Notes: a model not told the origin generated them from the letters alone. A DNA stretch of 52,597 nucleotides from an uncultured Trueperaceae bacterium (GCA_963799485.1 CAWCXJ010000003.1:1-52597), one strand, 5' to 3'; positions 18,959 through 29,318 are shown, numbered from the stretch's first letter. Made by a program: numbers and translations.

Positions 18959-20595
18959 AAACGACCAATCGTGGTGCGTATTTCGCTTTGCCGCGTCGTG
19001 GTGTCGATGGCCAAACGGATACGGTCAGCTAGGGCCGCGTCACCCTCACGGCTAGGTGAGCCGAGGTCTACCACCGTACTAATGCCATTCGTGCGGTCAA
19101 ACGCATAGCGGTATTCAGCGGCGTCGGTCATGCCAGTCTCGAGTTTGACTTTAGGCAGCGGCGGGGCGTAGTAGCCGACCCGATTACGGTCTTGGGCGCG
19201 GCGCAAAATGAGCTGCACGGGTTCTTGTGCAGGGGTGCGGAATTCGGCGATAGCGGCAGCGTCTAGGAGAGAGGTATTAAGGGTCAAAATCTTAAAGTCT
19301 TTGATAATGAAATTTGTCGGTGCATCGGTGGAGTTGACAAAGAATCTTACTAAATTCATGGTATAAGTACGCCCATTAGCCGCTAAAAATGGCTTCACAG
19401 GAGGAAATTTTAGCTCTATTGGAGTAAAACTGCCCTCAGTGTAATTTGGTTGGAAAACCGCTTTTTCATCCCCAGTGTAACGTTCCTGGCCCTGATCATC
19501 TAAAAAACCGAACCTGGCAGCTATGAAAGGTCGTGCCATCCCATAACTGAGACGATAATTAAAACTTAGTCCGCAAATATTTTTAGATGAGGCCAAAGGA
19601 AAAATCTGGAATCCCGCAGAATTTTGGTTTTGGGTATAAGATCCGTTTGAAACGGTAAATCCTCCGTAAATATCTACTCTGTCAATCGCTTCAGGGACAA
19701 GCAAAGAGACTCCAACATATGTGCGCGCTATTACTTTGCTGAACAGGTTGTGCGCTCCCTTATCAGGAATCGAAAGGTACGTCAGTGTTGACCATTGCAG
19801 GTTTTGGGTCAACGAATAATCAGTTTGGCCTGACTCAATTCGTAACCCGTCACTCGGCTCATTCCCGATAACCCACAGCACCGCCGTCACCGTATCGTCT
19901 GCTTTAATCGGCAGGTCGGTATAGTCCTCGGGGTAATACGGCACGTCAAGTGTGCCCGTCAGCTCTTTGAAAAAGACAAAGCCGCGCCCGTCAACGCCGT
20001 AGCTAATCGTGCGGCCCGCGTCAGCGACGCTTTGCCCTAACAGGTTCAGCGCTTCGCCTAACTGGATACCGGGCTGTTCAAAGCCGCCCTCGAGCGTGGT
20101 CGCCGTCTGAGGGAAGTCGATTTCATTAAAGTTCAGCGCCGGGTGACGCAAGCGCCTTACAAGGTCTTGCGCGATTAAGGCCGGGTCTTGTGCGGGATAG
20201 CTTACGGCGTCGGTCACAGTACCGTCTAGTAGGTATTCGGCGTCAGCTACATAATCCCGGACGCCGCCCGGTAGCTTTTTCGCTGCCCAGCCCTGCGTAA
20301 TCGCGCCGTAAAACACATCTTTCCAGCCGTCGCCGTCGTTTAGCCGAAACACGATGATTTCACCGCCGGTACACGCCACGAGATGAGGGAACCCGGTAAA
20401 AGTGAGCGTCTTGACCGCGCCACCGGGCGCAACCGCACACGCTACCTCACGGTCGAGGCCGTTGTACTTGTACGCCGAAAACTGGTTGAGGACTTGCGTC
20501 CCGTTCTGCGAGAGGATTACCAGGTGAAAGTCCTGTATGTCCTGTGAGGGCGGCTGTGGCAACACCGCCCGGTTGAGTGCAGCAAGTTGGGTCAT
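18955..20595 (-). CDS. Baseplate hub/tail tip protein
   Basis: Follows the tape measure (ATGA overlap); YGVDGRGFVFF hub-like motif. Confidence 0.65.
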   Translation of the reverse strand: MTQLAALNRAVLPQPPSQDIQDFHLVILSQNGTQVLNQFSAYKYNGLDREVACAVAPGGAVKTLTFTGFPHLVACTGGEIIVFRLNDGDGWKDVFYGAITQGWAAKKLPGGVRDYVADAEYLLDGTVTDAVSYPAQDPALIAQDLVRRLRHPALNFNEIDFPQTATTLEGGFEQPGIQLGEALNLLGQSVADAGRTISYGVDGRGFVFFKELTGTLDVPYYPEDYTDLPIKADDTVTAVLWVIGNEPSDGLRIESGQTDYSLTQNLQWSTLTYLSIPDKGAHNLFSKVIARTYVGVSLLVPEAIDRVDIYGGFTVSNGSYTQNQNSAGFQIFPLASSKNICGLSFNYRLSYGMARPFIAARFGFLDDQGQERYTGDEKAVFQPNYTEGSFTPIELKFPPVKPFLAANGRTYTMNLVRFFVNSTDAPTNFIIKDFKILTLNTSLLDAAAIAEFRTPAQEPVQLILRRAQDRNRVGYYAPPLPKVKLETGMTDAAEYRYAFDRTNGISTVVDLGSPSREGDAALADRIRLAIDTTTRQSEIRTTIGRL

Positions 20596-23500
20596 ATTTT
20601 AGTTAGTTTCTGAGGATTGCGAGACTCATAACTATTTGTCCCCTTTAGTAGTTTGTCGGCAGCGGCGTCTATCTTGTTTGCGGCCCGCCAGTTCACATCG
20701 GCAGCACGGGCGATAAGTTCAGCGCCGTGCCCGAAGGTGTCGAAGTAAGCTCCCATCTTGGTAAACCAGTCCGGGGTAGCGGAGCCGAGACTACGCGCCT
20801 TGAGCTTGATGCTCTGCCCTAAGTTTTCAAAGGTCGGTTCGTTTGCGGGTGTGCTAAAGCCGAGCCGGTCAGCCGCCCCGCGTAAGGGCGCAAGGATTTG
20901 CTCGAGCTTGCCGAAGATGCCGGGTAGTTTGTCGGCGATCTGCTGCACGCCTTGTGCCGCGCCGTTTACGTCGCCTTTGGTGATATCTGCCGTGAGGTCG
21001 GTTAAGAGTGGCCCCAGCGACTGCGCTAAGACCTGTTTGCTGAGCTGGTCGAAAAGCCCGTCAAAGGTCGTGTCGAAAAGTCCCTCGAGGGTCTGCTGAA
21101 AGTCGAGCGCCTCACCCGACTTGATCGCCGTCTTGAGCCCTTGGGAGATACCGCCCGAAACACTCTGCTCGAGGGCGAGTCCGGTCGTTTTGGCAAAGTC
21201 TAAAATCTCTTGCTGATATTCTGTCAGCCCTTGCTTGAGCTTGACTTTTGAGCCCAAGAGCTGCCCGAGTATCCCGGTGAGGTTGCCGTCACTCCGCCCG
21301 ATAATGGCGTACCCGGTCAGGGCGCGGCCTGAAATGATATCGAAGGTGTCGCGTTCAAACTCGAGTAACGCTTTTTTGTTTGCGGCGTAAGCTTCTTTTT
21401 CCTCTTTCGGCGCTTTGGATTTGCGCTCACCGTACTTTTTGATGAAAGCGCGTTGTTTGCGGTCGGCCTCGGTGAGCGCCTTTAAGGTGCGCTCAGTGTC
21501 GGTCTGTACGCCCTGCTCAAAGCTGTTTGAGAGGGCACTAAAGGCTTTTTGCTGCGTTTTGATAGCGCTGTTGATGCTACCGACGACGCCCGTCTTGTAG
21601 CCCTCTACGCCACGCTGGACGCTCTTTAAGAGGCCACCCAAAGGGCCAACGGAGCGGACGTTCCCGCTCCGGTACGAAGTGTCGGGTTCAACCTGGGCAA
21701 ACGACGTGCCGTACCCGAAGGGCCGCGCTTCGATGTCTTGCATCAGGCCGTAAGTGTCGAAGTTGCCGAACTCCGAAGACATGCCGCCTAGCGCACGTTC
21801 GTCTATGGTGGCGTTTAGGGGTGCAAAGAATCCCGCCGCACCGGGTCTGCTACCGCCTCCCCCGCCGCTACCTGAATTTTTGAAACTGGGCAGGCCGCTG
21901 CCAAGTTTGCCGACGGTCGAGGCCGCGACAAGCTTGTTCATCGCGGTACGAATATCGTTAGTGACGCTACCAATTTTATAGACGGTCTGACCGCCCTGGG
22001 TGATAAGCATGGTGTCTTGCTTGTTGAAAAACGACGCGAGGGCGTTGGATAAATCGGTGCCGCTACGGTCCAACGTAGCAATAAGGCCGTCAGGTTTACC
22101 GTGAACGCCGTTTCTTTGCTCCTGCACTAAAAGCTCGTAAGTCTGCCGAATAACGGAGCGCAGCACTCCTTGCTGCGCTTCAAGCTGTGTTTTTTGCGCT
22201 TCAAACACGCCTTTTTGGGCGTTAGTAAGCGCAATGGCTTGAGCTTCCAAATCGCCCACTAACGAACCGCTATCCCCTGATGACGCGCCTCTAATGAGGT
22301 CAAAGGCAGCTCGTATTTTGTCAGCGGTCGTTTGTGCGCCGCTTTGGGCCGCGTCACCGGGCGCAACGATTGCCGCACCTACGGCGGGCGTGACAGCCTT
22401 CTCGCTTGCTATAGCCTGAGTCGTCAGTGCACCCGACCCCTCTTGCAGGGCCGACGCTTCGCTGTTGTAAAGGTCGAGAATCGACCTGCGAATCTGCGCT
22501 GTTTTTTCCGGGCCAAACAGATCTATAAGCTGCTGGTTTAACCCTGCAATAACCTGACGCGGGGCATCCCCGGCAGTTATAGCAGTTGTAGCGAGCTGCT
22601 GATTGCCCGCTTGCAACGCGACGGCCTGCTCGCTGTAAAGGTTGAGGATAGCCGCGCGGATTTCTGCGGACTTTTCCGGCCCGAAGAAATCAATAAGCTG
22701 CTGATTTAGAGCGTCAACACCCTCGCGGGTCGCTGTCGCCCCGTTAGCCGCTGCTGTGCCTAGCGTCTGGTCGGACGCTTCGAGTTCAGCAAGCAACGTC
22801 GTGGTACTGAGGCCCAGAGCTTCAGCGGCCTGAGCAGCGCCTTCAGGTAGCACGCCGAAGACTTGGTAGTAAGCAAACAAAGCATCTTTGATACCAGCTA
22901 GCTGCTCACCCGTAAGGGAGCCTAGAATCTCATCGTTGCCCGAAAGGATGCCCTCGTAAAGCTCTTGCTGACTAATCCCCATTGCCTTAGCAATGTCGCC
23001 CGTATCTTCAAGGATTTTTGCGATTTCGTAGCCCAGCGCCTGCCTGTAGTTACCCAGCTCGGTTGAGAGCCCCGTTTTTTCGTCAATCAAAAACTGACGG
23101 CTGCGCTGAAGCGCCTCACGCTGATTCTGGGTCAGTTCGGGGTTGAGTAACGCGTTGTCAATTTGCGCGAGTTCGCCGTTGATTTCGTTATTACGCTTGG
23201 CAATGTCAGCCACAGCATCTTCGTAGTCTTGGTAGGCATCTAACAGCTCAACTTTAAGCTGGGCAAAGGCAACAGCACCTTGCCCCTTTTTGCCTTTGTA
23301 TTCGTCGGAGTCCTTAGCGTAATCAATCTTGGCGTCTAGCAGGGTGTCTTGCGATTTGGCAAAACTCTTTTCGTTGGCCTCGTTGATGTCGTTAAGAAAG
23401 CCGAAGGTCTCGCCCAGCCTCCGGTTGACCTCTTCAATACCTTCGATATAATCGTCAAAGGCTTCTTCGTTAAAGGTTTCTTTACCCTGATAGTCAATTT

Positions 23501-26492
23501 CAACAAACTTGTCGGCGATTTCGGTGCCGTAGCGCTGCACGGCGTCGGCATACTGTTTCGTCTCTTTGCCGTAATACGAAAACTGGTTGACCGCCGCGCC
23601 GATTGATTTAGTGACAAAGCCGACGAAATCAAGCCGGATAAGCGAGCCGAAGGCGTCGGCGCTGTCTGACAAGAACGTAACGGTAGACTCGCTTGCGCCG
23701 GTTGCTGAATCGCTGTAGTCGCTGAGCCCGCCGGAGAGCGCGTCAAAACCGGCAAGTAGCAGTTCGTTGGCGGTTGCCGCCGAATCTACCTGCTGTTCGT
23801 ATTTAAGCCATTCACCACGCGCCTCTTGTACGGCGTCGCTTTGCGGGTCAAGCCCCTGGTCGATAAGCTCTTGGAGTGCGCTTCTAGCGACGTCCGCACG
23901 CACTTCAGCTTGGGAAAGGCCGGTATTGAATAGCTCGTTTTCAGTTTCGGCCTTGCGGTAGGCGTCAGGGAGGTCTTGCTCAAGTATGGCGGCGTAGTCG
24001 AGAATGGGGCGGACGTCCGGTATCGGTAACTCTATTTCGTCCGGCACTTCAGCAAAGCCTTTGACCACAACGTCTACGGCGTCGGCAACTTCAGCAAAAC
24101 CTTCTACAGTTATATCTACCGGCTCGGCAACATCGGCAAACGCTTTGGCGGTTAGGTCTACACTGTCTGCTACTTTCGCAAACGGCTTGACCATAACGTC
24201 TACGCTGTCTGCCACCTGAGCAAAGGGCTTAACGGCGGCGTCTACCGAATCGGCCACGATTGCGTAAGCGCCGCCTAATAATTCAACGCCGTCTACGGCA
24301 TTTTCGGCGGCTTCTCCTGCTTCGGCGGCAGCGTTACCGGCTGAATTTAGCCCATCACCTGCGTCATTACCACTACCCGAAACACCATCCAGCGCGTCTC
24401 CAGTTTGTGTAATTACAGGAGTTGTTTTACCTAAATTGCTTTTTAGCGTGTCAAGGCGAGTGTTTAAGGCGTCGGTAGATTCTTGCACCGCCGCCATGCC
24501 ACCGCCTGCCACACTCAAATAAGCATCGTTATATTCGGTAAAAATGTCCTTGAGGTTGTCTAAGTTAAAAGGGTCGGCAGCCGCGGATTCTTCAGACAAC
24601 CGCCGCGCCTCTTCAAAGTTACCCCTAAGCAACTCTTGAAAAGACTGAAACCCGAGTCGAATAGACTCACCTGCGCCTAAAAAGTTTTCTTTGAACGCTT
24701 TTAATGAGGCGTCCAGGCCCGCGAACACCCCTGCAAGTTGACGCCCAAACCCGCCCGCTTCAATCGCAAATGTACCGATCTGCCGGACAAGCTCAATCGT
24801 CGTACCTGCTAGTGTAAGCGCCTGTTCGTTCGTCCCGGTGAATGCGTTTTGCTCGAGTAGTACGTCGAAAAGTTCTACCGCCGCTTCTTTAGCGCTGACA
24901 AAAGAGGGCGTCAGAAATGTGCCGATGCCGATACGCAAGTCGTAGATTCTGCGGTTTACGTCGTTGACCGTCCCGGCGTTAGAGTCAAGCAGGGTCGAGA
25001 GTGAAGCAACTTCTTGCCCCGTAGCTCCGAGGATAATGTTAAGCGCGGCTTGGGCCTTAGCAGATTTGACCGCGCTCTCGCCTAAACCTTCAGCGCCTTT
25101 ACCCGCTTCGCCCATCGCCGCGCCGATATTTTCAGCGATACCGATTGAGTTCAGCAGTTGCGAGTTTTCGGTGATGATCGCGCCCGAAACCGCGTTGACA
25201 CCTGCCGCCGCCGACTTACCGAAAGCTAAGGCCGACGCGCCGCCTGCGACTAGCACTTTTTCAATCTGTTCAGCCGTCAGCCCGTAACGCGTGAGCTGAA
25301 TCGCCGCGTCTGTTACCTGGTCGGTTGAAAGCCCTAGCGTATCGGCGACACGTGAAAATGCTGCATTTGCAGTATCGGTGTCTTGCCCGGTCTGCGCTAG
25401 GGTCTGCTGAAGGATAAGCGTAGAGACTCGAGCGTTATCCGCTTCAGCGACAAACCCGTTTAAGACCTTGCCGAGCCCAAGAAAGCCCGCCGCGCCCAGT
25501 AGCGGAAGGAAAGACGCCGCCATACCCTTAGCGGCGACACCCAGCCCAGCAAGACGGGCGTCTGCTGCTGTCGCCGCCTTACCGAGTGCGCCGATTCCCG
25601 GAACTGCCCGAAAGCTTGCGCCACCTGCTGCGGTAATACCAAATGCGCTGGCTTCACCTGCTGCTGCTGTACCACCCAAGCTAAGGTTCAAAGCGTTCGT
25701 GCTACCGATTAACACCTGCTGGCTTAACCCGAGCTTTGAAGTATTGCCTATCGCGGTAGCAATACCGCGTTGCGCCGTCCCGATTGAACGGGTGAGCGTG
25801 CCGTACTCTTTAGACGAGCGTGAAAACTCGCCTCGAGCGAGGCGCATCTGCTGCTCAATCTCTCGGGTATCAGCGATGAAGTCTTCGCGGCCTTTGTCGC
25901 CCGACTCATAAGCCACCCGGAGATTTGAAACCGCGTCACGGTAACGCCTTACGTCGTCGGCGTTCATCGCCGCTTGTGCCCGCTTCTGGGCTGTCTCGAG
26001 CTTGATAAGCTGATCGCCTGCGGTGTCTAGGGCTTTGGCGTATTCGCCGTACTCTTTAGAAGAGGTGTCAAGATTTTTAAGTGAGCTGCCGAGTTCGGTT
26101 GTAATCGCACGTAAACGCGTAACGGTTTCATCTTGGGTTTTCAACCCTGCTTTTTGCTCGGCGAACAGCCCTTTGATTTCCGCAGAGTAGGCTCGAGCTG
26201 CCTTTTGACCGTCGGTTAGAGGTTTGTTACCCGAGGCCGCGCCCTTGCCTACCGCGTCGAGACCGGCAGCTAGATTTTTCGCATCGGTGGCGAGTTGCTT
26301 TTGAACGACGCTCAGCTCTTTAAGCGCAGCAGTCTCGTCTTTGAGTGACTTGAGGTAAGCCGGTGCGCCCTTTGGGTTTAGCCGATCCTCAGCGGCCTTA
26401 CGGACGGCCTCGAGCTGTTTGGTCAGGTCGGAAATAGTTTTTTCATCAATTTGGACATCAAAGAAAAGTGCGCCGACTGAATCGCTCGCCAT
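20592..26492 (-). CDS. Tail tape measure protein
   Basis: ~1,970 aa, Ala/Gly-rich helical, starts MASDSVGALFFDV; follows the chaperone pair. Confidence 0.92.
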   Translation of the reverse strand: MASDSVGALFFDVQIDEKTISDLTKQLEAVRKAAEDRLNPKGAPAYLKSLKDETAALKELSVVQKQLATDAKNLAAGLDAVGKGAASGNKPLTDGQKAARAYSAEIKGLFAEQKAGLKTQDETVTRLRAITTELGSSLKNLDTSSKEYGEYAKALDTAGDQLIKLETAQKRAQAAMNADDVRRYRDAVSNLRVAYESGDKGREDFIADTREIEQQMRLARGEFSRSSKEYGTLTRSIGTAQRGIATAIGNTSKLGLSQQVLIGSTNALNLSLGGTAAAGEASAFGITAAGGASFRAVPGIGALGKAATAADARLAGLGVAAKGMAASFLPLLGAAGFLGLGKVLNGFVAEADNARVSTLILQQTLAQTGQDTDTANAAFSRVADTLGLSTDQVTDAAIQLTRYGLTAEQIEKVLVAGGASALAFGKSAAAGVNAVSGAIITENSQLLNSIGIAENIGAAMGEAGKGAEGLGESAVKSAKAQAALNIILGATGQEVASLSTLLDSNAGTVNDVNRRIYDLRIGIGTFLTPSFVSAKEAAVELFDVLLEQNAFTGTNEQALTLAGTTIELVRQIGTFAIEAGGFGRQLAGVFAGLDASLKAFKENFLGAGESIRLGFQSFQELLRGNFEEARRLSEESAAADPFNLDNLKDIFTEYNDAYLSVAGGGMAAVQESTDALNTRLDTLKSNLGKTTPVITQTGDALDGVSGSGNDAGDGLNSAGNAAAEAGEAAENAVDGVELLGGAYAIVADSVDAAVKPFAQVADSVDVMVKPFAKVADSVDLTAKAFADVAEPVDITVEGFAEVADAVDVVVKGFAEVPDEIELPIPDVRPILDYAAILEQDLPDAYRKAETENELFNTGLSQAEVRADVARSALQELIDQGLDPQSDAVQEARGEWLKYEQQVDSAATANELLLAGFDALSGGLSDYSDSATGASESTVTFLSDSADAFGSLIRLDFVGFVTKSIGAAVNQFSYYGKETKQYADAVQRYGTEIADKFVEIDYQGKETFNEEAFDDYIEGIEEVNRRLGETFGFLNDINEANEKSFAKSQDTLLDAKIDYAKDSDEYKGKKGQGAVAFAQLKVELLDAYQDYEDAVADIAKRNNEINGELAQIDNALLNPELTQNQREALQRSRQFLIDEKTGLSTELGNYRQALGYEIAKILEDTGDIAKAMGISQQELYEGILSGNDEILGSLTGEQLAGIKDALFAYYQVFGVLPEGAAQAAEALGLSTTTLLAELEASDQTLGTAAANGATATREGVDALNQQLIDFFGPEKSAEIRAAILNLYSEQAVALQAGNQQLATTAITAGDAPRQVIAGLNQQLIDLFGPEKTAQIRRSILDLYNSEASALQEGSGALTTQAIASEKAVTPAVGAAIVAPGDAAQSGAQTTADKIRAAFDLIRGASSGDSGSLVGDLEAQAIALTNAQKGVFEAQKTQLEAQQGVLRSVIRQTYELLVQEQRNGVHGKPDGLIATLDRSGTDLSNALASFFNKQDTMLITQGGQTVYKIGSVTNDIRTAMNKLVAASTVGKLGSGLPSFKNSGSGGGGGSRPGAAGFFAPLNATIDERALGGMSSEFGNFDTYGLMQDIEARPFGYGTSFAQVEPDTSYRSGNVRSVGPLGGLLKSVQRGVEGYKTGVVGSINSAIKTQQKAFSALSNSFEQGVQTDTERTLKALTEADRKQRAFIKKYGERKSKAPKEEKEAYAANKKALLEFERDTFDIISGRALTGYAIIGRSDGNLTGILGQLLGSKVKLKQGLTEYQQEILDFAKTTGLALEQSVSGGISQGLKTAIKSGEALDFQQTLEGLFDTTFDGLFDQLSKQVLAQSLGPLLTDLTADITKGDVNGAAQGVQQIADKLPGIFGKLEQILAPLRGAADRLGFSTPANEPTFENLGQSIKLKARSLGSATPDWFTKMGAYFDTFGHGAELIARAADVNWRAANKIDAAADKLLKGTNSYESRNPQKLTKI

Positions 26493-26557
26493 AAAGCACC
26501 GCCTCTCGTGTGGCAAAAAAAGAACCACCCGTAAAGGCGGTGTGCTAGATTTCTGTT

Positions 26558-26935
26558 ATGAGAAAATTGGTTGTTCTACTGTTTGCTGTTTGCTCTGTTG
26601 CTTTTGCCGCGGACTTTGACGCCGCCGAAGAATCGGGCAGCGTCCTCAACGGTGCGCTTCGCGGGGCACTTAACCCTGCGTTTAGCTACGCTGAATATAT
26701 CGCCGGGTATGGTATTCACTTTGCTTCGGGTTCACTAAGCTTCGCTGAGGGGACGGGTGAAGAAGCTATCGGTAAAATTACCAACCTTCTACCCGCTTTA
26801 GCATCTACAGCGCAAGGGTTAAATGAAGGTGAATGGGTCAGCGCCAGTTATGACGCTGACGTTCATGTACTCGTGAGGGTCAAGCCGAATCAACCTGACT
26901 CGCTTGAGGTATGGGTTGACGGAGTGAGGCGGTAA
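26558..26935 (+). CDS. Exported protein, moron on the opposite strand
   Basis: Signal peptide ending AFA; TGcTAGATT -10 six nt before ATG, no RBS (leaderless). Confidence 0.75.
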   Translation: MRKLVVLLFAVCSVAFAADFDAAEESGSVLNGALRGALNPAFSYAEYIAGYGIHFASGSLSFAEGTGEEAIGKITNLLPALASTAQGLNEGEWVSASYDADVHVLVRVKPNQPDSLEVWVDGVRR

Positions 26936-26987
26936 GCTGATCGGGAAAATTAACCCTCGGCAAACCATGAACAGCTCGAGCGCAAGG

Positions 26988-27560
26988 CTAACCCTTAAGC
27001 GTCTTGTGAAGCCTCGACCTAAGCGCCCGGTAAGCACGCCAGTATTCAACGCTCTCTGCTACCGCACCCGACTCACCCAAGCGGATAATGTCGGCGGCAA
27101 GCGTTTTGCTTAAGCCCTCGACCGGATAGACTTCGCCCTGTTCTTGAGGCCAGCCTCGAGCCCTTACAAACGCGCCTTGCTCATGCGCGGGCATCAGTCT
27201 AAAGTGCGTGGTGCTGGTAATGCGCTCGAGTATCTTGCGGCCTCTCGCGCCGTATTTCTTCTCGTCGTCGGTTTCGCCTTCAGCTTCGGCTTTGGCGAGG
27301 CTCACAGGCGAGAGTTTGGCGAGTTGGGCGTCTAGTACTGGTCTTGAGGCGTGGTAGATTTTTAATTTCTCCGCTTCCCAGCCCAGGATAATGTCTTCTA
27401 TGTAGGCGTTCGGAAAGTCCTCACTCTTGATACCGAGCGCGGCGGCCTTGACCTTAAGCTCGAGCACCGTGTCATACGGATGTTCGGTTAGTTCTTCAGA
27501 GCGTTCGGGAGCGCCTCGTAAGTCCGGGGCTCCTCGGAATGGTTGAATAGGGCTTTTCCC
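26988..27560 (-). CDS. Tail assembly chaperone, frameshift extension (gpT-like)
   Basis: The -1 frame is open from GGGAAAA (27554-27560) to the stop at 26988. Confidence 0.8.
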   Translation of the reverse strand, partial: GKSPIQPFRGAPDLRGAPERSEELTEHPYDTVLELKVKAAALGIKSEDFPNAYIEDIILGWEAEKLKIYHASRPVLDAQLAKLSPVSLAKAEAEGETDDEKKYGARGRKILERITSTTHFRLMPAHEQGAFVRARGWPQEQGEVYPVEGLSKTLAADIIRLGESGAVAESVEYWRAYRALRSRLHKTLKG

Positions 27561-28153
27561 ATTTTAATAACTTCCATTACGTTCGCCGTGTCCTGCGCGT
27601 TTGCCCGTTCCTGCCACGCGGTAAACTTTTCTTTGGTCAACCCGCGTGAGACCGCCAGGCCGTGCGCGTACTCGAGATAAAAGTTACGGTACGCGTGGTT
27701 AAAGTCGTTTAAGTCTTTTTGGTTTTTAGATATCGCTTGCAATATTTTGTTTGGGTCGGGCTTTAAGGCGTCGAGCTTGTCTTGCGCTTCGCCCAGCTTT
27801 TCCTCGAGGCGCTCGACGAACAGGTCATCGTCGTCGTCCCAACTCATCGGGTCTTGCCTAAGTCCGTCTAGTTTATTTTCACGCGCAACCGTGAGCGCGG
27901 CAACTTTTTGCACCTGCGCCCGGTACGCGGGAGAGGTGTTCTCTCGATTGTCGCGGTTGTTTTTGTCCTGCACGGCCTCGAGCTTGACCCGTAAGCCGAT
28001 CAGGTCTTTATCGGCTTCGTAGTCCTCGAGCATGGCGTATTCCTCAACCGTCAAGCGTGAGGACAACACCACGCCGCACACCATGAACTCAGGCGCTTTT
28101 AGCAGACTCGAGGCTTTTAAGCTCTCTTCTATTTTATTTGCCATTGTGTTCAC
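27488..28153 (-). CDS. Tail assembly chaperone (gpG-like)
   Basis: Between major tail and tape measure; slippery heptamer near its end. Confidence 0.8.
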   Translation of the reverse strand: MNTMANKIEESLKASSLLKAPEFMVCGVVLSSRLTVEEYAMLEDYEADKDLIGLRVKLEAVQDKNNRDNRENTSPAYRAQVQKVAALTVARENKLDGLRQDPMSWDDDDDLFVERLEEKLGEAQDKLDALKPDPNKILQAISKNQKDLNDFNHAYRNFYLEYAHGLAVSRGLTKEKFTAWQERANAQDTANVMEVIKMGKALFNHSEEPRTYEALPNALKN

Positions 28154-28391
28154 CCCTTAGTAGAACAAGCGCACTCGGTAAGCGGTATTCAACTTCGCTA
28201 TCCTCATGCACGAAATAGAGGCCAGCAGGAAGCGCTTGGGGCATCCGTACCGGCGTGTCATTATCAAAAAAAATCGCGCCCAGGGGTATAGGCGCGTCGG
28301 TTGCGTAACCGTGGGCGAGAATTAAATCCCCTTCGCATTCCACAGCAAGCAAATGGAGGGGACTAGCCCCTCCGGTAAGTGTCAGAATCAA
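28134..28391 (-). CDS. Hypothetical protein
   Basis: Packed between tail genes; TTG start. Confidence 0.45.
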   Translation of the reverse strand: MILTLTGGASPLHLLAVECEGDLILAHGYATDAPIPLGAIFFDNDTPVRMPQALPAGLYFVHEDSEVEYRLPSALVLLRGEHNGK

Positions 28392-28394
28392 GGA

Positions 28395-28904
28395 TTACGG
28401 TGTCGTGGGCGTCAGGTCTACCCAGTCGAAATCCGAAAAGGCAAACTCGACATCCCAGCCGTAAGCGTCGGCGTCAGGGTCGCCTTCGGGGTTCATGTTC
28501 TCGACCGTGCTAGCCCCGGCGATACCCGCGTAGTCAGGGAACGAACGAAGGAACGCGAGCGGGTCGCCCTGGTTCGGCGCACTCTTGCGCGTTACCAGGC
28601 GGTCAAACAGCAGCGTGTGCTTGGCTTGGCCTAAAAACACGTTGAAGCGCGCCGTCTGGTTATCTGCGGTGATGGTGCGGTCGCCACGGATACGCCGACC
28701 GGAAAGTGTGCGGAGGTCAGCGGCGTCAACCGAGGCCGAGAACGGCAGCGCGCCGACGATGAGGTCGGCGAAGTTGTCGGCGTCTACAAACGACGCGGTG
28801 CCGGTCGCAAACTCTTTGAGATAAAAGCCGTGTTCGTCGGGCTGAATAGTTAAAACTGAACCCGCTGCGGGCTCGGTAACGGAAACGCCGGTTAATTCGG
28901 GCAT
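28395..28904 (-). CDS. Major tail tube protein
   Basis: Position, size, acidic beta-rich sequence; AAGGAG RBS. Confidence 0.7.
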   Translation of the reverse strand: MPELTGVSVTEPAAGSVLTIQPDEHGFYLKEFATGTASFVDADNFADLIVGALPFSASVDAADLRTLSGRRIRGDRTITADNQTARFNVFLGQAKHTLLFDRLVTRKSAPNQGDPLAFLRSFPDYAGIAGASTVENMNPEGDPDADAYGWDVEFAFSDFDWVDLTPTTP

Positions 28905-28906
28905 GG

Positions 28907-29161
28907 TTACTCCTTAAAGTTTTGAGAAGGTAGGGTGACGCGCTTTGCGACCTTGACAAGCCGCCCGTCGAAATCAAGGGTTTCTTGCAGGGTAAAAGTC
29001 GCAGTTGTAAAGCCGCCCTTAAATTGCAGCTCGAGTGCAAATATCAGGTCGGCGAGATCGACGCCGTTCAAAAAGCACGCCCGGTCGTAAAGCTCGAGCT
29101 TGACCGGTTCGGCTAGGTTGGCGACGTAAGCGGCGGGGTGCCGGGGTAAGCGGACTTTCAT
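28907..29161 (-). CDS. Hypothetical protein
   Basis: ATGA coupling with upstream ORF. Confidence 0.6.
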   Translation of the reverse strand: MKVRLPRHPAAYVANLAEPVKLELYDRACFLNGVDLADLIFALELQFKGGFTTATFTLQETLDFDGRLVKVAKRVTLPSQNFKE

Positions 29162-29316
29162 CCCGACTTGGCGGGGGCTTCTTTCTTACCGGCTTCTTTA
29201 GCTAAGCCCGCTTTGAGGAGGTCTTTGGCGCGGTCGTCGGAGACCTGTAACTTTTCTCCGGCCCGGTAGGTTCTGCCGTTATACACGGTCTGCTTGCCTG
29301 TAAATTCAACTTGCAT
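29158..29316 (-). CDS. 52-aa small virion-region protein (not in the ORF track)
   Basis: AAGGAG RBS; MQVEFTGKQTVYNGRTYRAGEKLQVSDDRAKDLLKAGLAK. Confidence 0.7.
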   Translation of the reverse strand: MQVEFTGKQTVYNGRTYRAGEKLQVSDDRAKDLLKAGLAKEAGKKEAPAKSG

Positions 29317-29318
29317 GG

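Noticed and set aside
11783..20595. Diversity-generating retroelement or invertible tail cassette
   Set aside because: No reverse transcriptase, invertase or TR/VR pair seen
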